A DNA stretch of 39,839 bases, taken from a virus. Taxonomy: Duplodnaviria > Caudoviricetes. Shown here in pieces: positions 35,762 to 39,839 of this stretch. A program made the position numbers and the translations under genes. Positions within the stretch are counted from its first letter, which is position 1. Each line of letters starts with the position of its first letter. The DNA lies in the IMG/VR virus record IMGVR_UViG_3300045925_000112, positions 1 through 39,839 of that record. One strand, given 5' to 3'. Under the pieces are notes generated by a model. The model saw nothing but the letters and a program-made list of their open reading frames with translations. It had not been told where the DNA came from and made no database searches.

Positions 35762-37313
35762 ACGCGCTTTCCTCCGGCGGCTGCGAGTCACTGCGGATCG
35801 CCCGGTCGATCGCCATCGCGAGCGCGACGATGCCGTCGATCTTGTCCTTCGCGGCGTCCTTCGCCGGGCGAATCTCGCCGCGCGTCCCGGTGCGCACGAC
35901 CATGTTGCCGGCCATCCACGCGAGGACCGGGTCGGCGCCGTGCGCGAGCTTGCCGGCCAGGACGAGCTCGAGGAGCTTGCGGAGCGGCTCGTTCAGCTGG
36001 AACCCTTGCGGCGTGTCCACCGCGACGATGCCGGCGCCCGTGAGCCGCTGCGCGATCTGCGTCGCGAACCGCTTGTCGTACGCGAGCTCGCGCACGCCGT
36101 AGCGCTGGCACTCCTCGAGCACGTCGGCGCCGACAGCGTCGAAGGTCGTGGTGTCGCCCTCGTGCACCGTCAGCCGGTTCTGCCGCTGCCAGACCGCGTA
36201 CGGCCGGTGCGGGTAGCGCTCGAGCGCCTTCGCGGGCAGCCAGTAGCGCGTGCGCGTGGCCCACCGGCCGTCGGGCAGGACGAACACGAGGACGAGCGCG
36301 GAGAAGTCCTCGGTCTGCCCGAGGTCGAGGCCGGCGTAGCATGGCGCGCCCTCGAGATCGGCGTCGTCCACCGCGGCCGAGCAGGTCGCCCACGCGTCGA
36401 GCGGGAGCCATCGCGAGACCTGCTCGGTCCATTGGTTCAGGTGGTAGCGCCGGAAGGTGTTCTCGTAGGCCGGCGACAGCTGCGCGCGCCGGCACTCGGC
36501 CTCGAGAAACTCCGGGCGCACCGTCACGCCGAGGGACGGGTTCGCCTTCGCCCACACCGCGGGGTCGGTCCAGTCGTCGTCGGGGCCGGCCGCGTAGATC
36601 ACCGCGAGCTCGTCCGGCGCCTCGACCGTGCCGGCGAGAATCCGCTGCGCGCGGTCGTGTTCCTCCCAGCCGATGCTCTCGCGGTCGAAGCCGGCGGTGG
36701 TGATCGCGAGCGTGACCGGCTGCCGCCGCGCCGCGGTCGCGCCTTGCAGGACGTCCCAGAGCTCGCGGTTCGGCAACGCGTGGAGCTCGTCGAAGATCAC
36801 GCCGTGCGCGTTGATGCCGTGTTTCGTCGGCACGTCCGCGGAGAGCACGCGGTAGGAGCCGCCGGTCGCGGTCCGCACGAGCGCATTCGAGAACACCTCG
36901 ACGTGCCGCGCGAGCTCCGGCGAGGTCTCGACCATCCGCCGCGCCTGCGCGAACACGATGCGCGCCTGCTCGCGGTCCACCGCGGCCGAGTAGATTTCCG
37001 CCTCGGGCTCGTTCTCGCCGAGGAGCAGGTAGAGCGCGATGCCGGCCGCAAACGCGCTCTTGCCCTGTTTCTTCGGAATCTCGCAGTAGACGCGCCGATA
37101 CTGGCGCCGGCCGTCGGGGAGCAGCGTGCCGAACAGGTCGTCGATGAGCGCGCGCTGCCACGGCAGGACGCGGAACGGCTGCCCGGCCCACTCGCCTTTG
37201 GTATGGCGCAGGCAATCGCGAAAGAATCCCACGACGTGCCGGGCGGCTTTCGCGCCGTCAGGCGGGCGTCGTGATGTAGCGGCTCGCGCGGGTCGGCGGC
37301 GTGTCGGCGGCAT
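35733..37313 (-). CDS. terL: Terminase large subunit
   Basis: HTKGEWAGQPFRVLPWQ, Walker A EIPKKQGKS, Walker B VIFDELH, ITTAG, KANPSLG, GLDLG, KIDGIVA. Confidence 0.96.
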   Translation of the reverse strand: MPPTRRRPARAATSRRPPDGAKAARHVVGFFRDCLRHTKGEWAGQPFRVLPWQRALIDDLFGTLLPDGRRQYRRVYCEIPKKQGKSAFAAGIALYLLLGENEPEAEIYSAAVDREQARIVFAQARRMVETSPELARHVEVFSNALVRTATGGSYRVLSADVPTKHGINAHGVIFDELHALPNRELWDVLQGATAARRQPVTLAITTAGFDRESIGWEEHDRAQRILAGTVEAPDELAVIYAAGPDDDWTDPAVWAKANPSLGVTVRPEFLEAECRRAQLSPAYENTFRRYHLNQWTEQVSRWLPLDAWATCSAAVDDADLEGAPCYAGLDLGQTEDFSALVLVFVLPDGRWATRTRYWLPAKALERYPHRPYAVWQRQNRLTVHEGDTTTFDAVGADVLEECQRYGVRELAYDKRFATQIAQRLTGAGIVAVDTPQGFQLNEPLRKLLELVLAGKLAHGADPVLAWMAGNMVVRTGTRGEIRPAKDAAKDKIDGIVALAMAIDRAIRSDSQPPEESAYADHGLVTV

Positions 37314-37764
37314 GCACTCTCGATTGCGAGCTCGGCGTCAGCCCAAACTCGGCGAGGCCGCGCAGGACCTCGCGGCCGAGCAGGACGACGCGAAGCGCCA
37401 GGGGGTTCGGGCGGATCGTTTCGCGGCGCACGGTGCCCTGCGCGTCGCGGTGCAGGTCGCGGATGAACGGCTGGTAGCCCATCGCGCGGTAGTGCGCGAT
37501 GGTCCGGTCCTGTTCGGCCAGCAAGTGACAGAGCGTGGCGAGCGCTTCGCGGTGCGCGCGCGTGAGCACGGCCATGCGCGCGAGCCGGTCCACGAGCGCC
37601 GTCCAGTGCTCGAGCGCGAGCGGATCGGCCTCGACCTCGGGGGTCGGCTGCGGCTTGCCCGGCGGGCCGACGGGCTCGTGGGCGCGCCCCGGCGCGCGCG
37701 TGCCGCGGAGCACGTGCAACGCGGTCGGGATCCGCTTGCGCCCGCTGCGGAAGTTGCCGGCCAT
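37258..37764 (-). CDS. terS: Terminase small subunit, P27 family
   Basis: GRKRIPTALHVLRG N-terminus; PNPL...AEFGLTPSSQSRV C-terminus; directly upstream of terL. Confidence 0.9.
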   Translation of the reverse strand: MAGNFRSGRKRIPTALHVLRGTRAPGRAHEPVGPPGKPQPTPEVEADPLALEHWTALVDRLARMAVLTRAHREALATLCHLLAEQDRTIAHYRAMGYQPFIRDLHRDAQGTVRRETIRPNPLALRVVLLGREVLRGLAEFGLTPSSQSRVHAADTPPTRASRYITTPA

Positions 37765-38240
37765 CAGGCCGCGAGCTCCCGCGCCCACCGCGCCTTCGCG
37801 GAGGTCGGTTGATCCTGCCGGCGCGTCGTGCCGTCCAAGAACAGTTGCCGCTCGCTCGAGTGATCCCACGGGCGTCCGCTCACGTCGCCGTCGCGCTGCC
37901 AGCCGCTCGCGCGCAGACTCGCGCCGGACTCCTCCGCGAGCAGATAGGTCTGGATGCGCCGGTAGCCCATCGCGCGCGCGATGCGCGCCGCGGCGCCGTA
38001 GAGGAACGAGCACGCGTTCGGCGTGCCGTCCGTGCAGCATCGCGTGACCTCGAGGACCTGCGCGGGGTTGACGCCGCGCGCGACCGGGCGCCCGGCGATC
38101 AGGACGCCCACGACCCGGCCGTCCGCCGTGGCCGCGAGCACGAAGCGGCAGCCGCGCGCCGGCTTGTGATGCCGGTGGTGCGCGCGGATGAACGCGTTCG
38201 CGGAGCGCAGGGTGATTGCGGGCGCCATCGTCAGCGCCAT
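37764..38240 (-). CDS. XF1762-like / Mom-related GNAT-fold DNA modification protein (158 aa)
   Basis: ANAFIRAHHRHH, VGVLIAGRPVAR, LEVTRCCTDGTPNACSFLYGAAAR..RAMGY.RI.TY.L.EESGASLRASGW. Confidence 0.8.
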   Translation of the reverse strand: MALTMAPAITLRSANAFIRAHHRHHKPARGCRFVLAATADGRVVGVLIAGRPVARGVNPAQVLEVTRCCTDGTPNACSFLYGAAARIARAMGYRRIQTYLLAEESGASLRASGWQRDGDVSGRPWDHSSERQLFLDGTTRRQDQPTSAKARWARELAA

Positions 38241-38356
38241 CAGCCCGCGCCCCTCCGGCGCCGGCGCCACCAGAGGACCGCGCCGACGACGGGCACGACG
38301 CCCCCGAGAACCGTACAGACCACCGCGCATTGGCTCGCGGTCATCGCGCGGCTCAC
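38240..38356 (-). CDS. Small membrane peptide (38 aa)
   Basis: Hydrophobic stretch followed by WWRRRRR; overlapping codons with both neighbours. Confidence 0.45.
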   Translation of the reverse strand: MSRAMTASQCAVVCTVLGGVVPVVGAVLWWRRRRRGAG

Positions 38357-39717
38357 GCGACCAGCACCGGCTCGAGGCCGAGGCCCGCGGCGCGCTCGAG
38401 CGTGACGGCGACGTACTCGGGGTCGAGCTCCATCCCGAACACCGCGCGCCCTTCCTGCGCGCCCGCGATCAGCGTCGAGCCGGACCCGAGGAACGGGTCG
38501 TACACCGTCTCGAGGAAGTCGGTGACGCGGAGGATCTGCCGGAGGAGCTCGACCGGCTTCTCGACGGTATGGTGCACGTTGCCCGAGCGGCCGACCTCGA
38601 GCACGTTGCCGGCGGCGCGCTGCGGGTCCACGCCCTCGTGCCCCGGCTGCCGCCACGTCAACGGCACGCGCGACCCGAACAGGACGAGCTCGTGCTGGGC
38701 GCGCCAGCCGACGCCCATGCCCGGCGAGCCCTTGTCCCACACCAGCATGTTCCGCACGCCGTAGCCCGAGGACTCGACCACGTCGAACAGCGAGACCCAC
38801 ATGCGCCAGTCGGTGAAGATGTACGCGGCCGAGGCCTGCGCGTGCGCGAGGACGCTCTTGAGCAGCGCCTGATAGCCGCGCGTCGAGAGCGTGTCGTTGT
38901 GCACCGGCTTGAGGATCTCCGCGTCCGTCCCGACGGAGCCGCGCGAGCGGCCGGCCTCCTGGAAGCCGCCCGAGCAATACGGCGGGTCGGTGAGGATCAG
39001 CGCCGGCACCGCGCCGCCGTGGAGCTTCGCCACGTCCTCGGGCACCGTCGCGTCGCCGCAGACCACGCGGTGCGGACCGAGGGTCCAGAGTTGCCCGCGC
39101 GCCGTCGCCCACTTCCGCCGGAGCTCGCCCGCGCGCGCCACGTCGGCGCCCGGATCGCTGCCGCGCGCGCGCGTCGGCTCGAGCAGCGCCGCGAGCTCGG
39201 AGGTCGACCAGAACCGCTCGAGGTCGGCGCCGCTCACCGCGAGCCGCTCGAGCGCGGCCGGGTCCCACTCGAGCGAAACCTGCTGCACGCGGTTGTCGGC
39301 GATCGCGAGCTCCTGCGCCCGCGGGTCGGCCTCGAGGTCGAGGTCGGTGCGCTGCACCACGACGAGCTCGTCGCCGGCCGTCTGGATCACGCGGGTGCGG
39401 GTGAGCCCGGCCGCGAGCGCTGCCGCCGCCGTCTTGTTCCCGCCGATCAGGACGCCCCGCCGGTCCACGACGACGGAGCGGCCGGCGCCGTAGCGCCGCA
39501 GCGAGTCCTCGAGCATGGCCGCGCCGCGCTCGGTGCCCCGGTTCGCGTTGCCGGGGTCCGGCAGGAGCGCGCCGAGCCCGCCGGCCTCGAGCTCGTCCGC
39601 GGGCCGAGGATCGCCCACGAGGGCCGGGGAGCTCGCCGGCAGGGTATCGGGTCGGCCGGCGCCGCCGGGCGCCCGTGCGGGCCAGCGGGACGGCCGTGGC
39701 GACCGTTTCCGGGTCAT
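38353..39717 (-). CDS. ParB-like N-terminal domain fused to DNA methyltransferase (DPPY; likely N6-adenine)
   Basis: PDPGNAN...SLRRYG.GRSVVVD...IGGN...AIADNR; LGPHRVVCGDAT; ILTDPPY; HHTVEKPVEL; YDPFLGSGSTLIA; GMELDPEY. Confidence 0.92.
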   Translation of the reverse strand: MTRKRSPRPSRWPARAPGGAGRPDTLPASSPALVGDPRPADELEAGGLGALLPDPGNANRGTERGAAMLEDSLRRYGAGRSVVVDRRGVLIGGNKTAAAALAAGLTRTRVIQTAGDELVVVQRTDLDLEADPRAQELAIADNRVQQVSLEWDPAALERLAVSGADLERFWSTSELAALLEPTRARGSDPGADVARAGELRRKWATARGQLWTLGPHRVVCGDATVPEDVAKLHGGAVPALILTDPPYCSGGFQEAGRSRGSVGTDAEILKPVHNDTLSTRGYQALLKSVLAHAQASAAYIFTDWRMWVSLFDVVESSGYGVRNMLVWDKGSPGMGVGWRAQHELVLFGSRVPLTWRQPGHEGVDPQRAAGNVLEVGRSGNVHHTVEKPVELLRQILRVTDFLETVYDPFLGSGSTLIAGAQEGRAVFGMELDPEYVAVTLERAAGLGLEPVLVA

Positions 39718-39825
39718 GGCGCGACCGCCGAAAAGCGCTCGGAGGCTTCCGTCGTTGTTCCTGCGGTGACAGGGCTCAATTTTCCCTCCAAATTTCAGGA
39801 TTTTGCGCGAGGTGGGGCCGGGATT

Positions 39826-39839
39826 GTGTCCGGTCGGCA
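39826..39839 (+). repeat. Terminal direct repeat, right copy
   Basis: Identical to 1-14. Confidence 0.9.

Overview
The window looks like a complete or near-complete ~39.8 kb, very GC-rich temperate siphovirus genome with an HK97-type head, probably not integrated. The same 14-mer opens and closes it, and the putative attP beside the integrase is intact in the middle. Almost all genes are on the minus strand. From the right end the order is: ParB-like/DNA methyltransferase, XF1762/Mom-like protein, terS, terL, small HTH, portal, a fibre-like three-gene insert, ClpP-type prohead protease, two extra head-module genes, major capsid, head-tail and tail genes with a short tape measure, tail-tip genes, XRE regulator and integrase (+ strand), a second methyltransferase, RecT, VRR-NUC nuclease, replication initiator with iteron-like repeats, many small ORFs and an HNH endonuclease. 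The most striking feature is in the head module. The ClpP protease and the next protein share a 23-residue motif (FDxTKHPRHxKGxREGGRFREKD, 20/23 identical), followed by a HExxH metallopeptidase in one and an ADP-ribosyltransferase-like domain in the other. This suggests a tagged, capsid-loaded effector system. Also notable are heavy iteration of the palindrome CTCGAG, parallel fibre-like modules at head and tail, and no recognisable endolysin. All protein calls come from motif recognition and gene order by eye; no database search was run. Many start codons were re-picked from overlapping stop/start junctions and differ from the ORF track.
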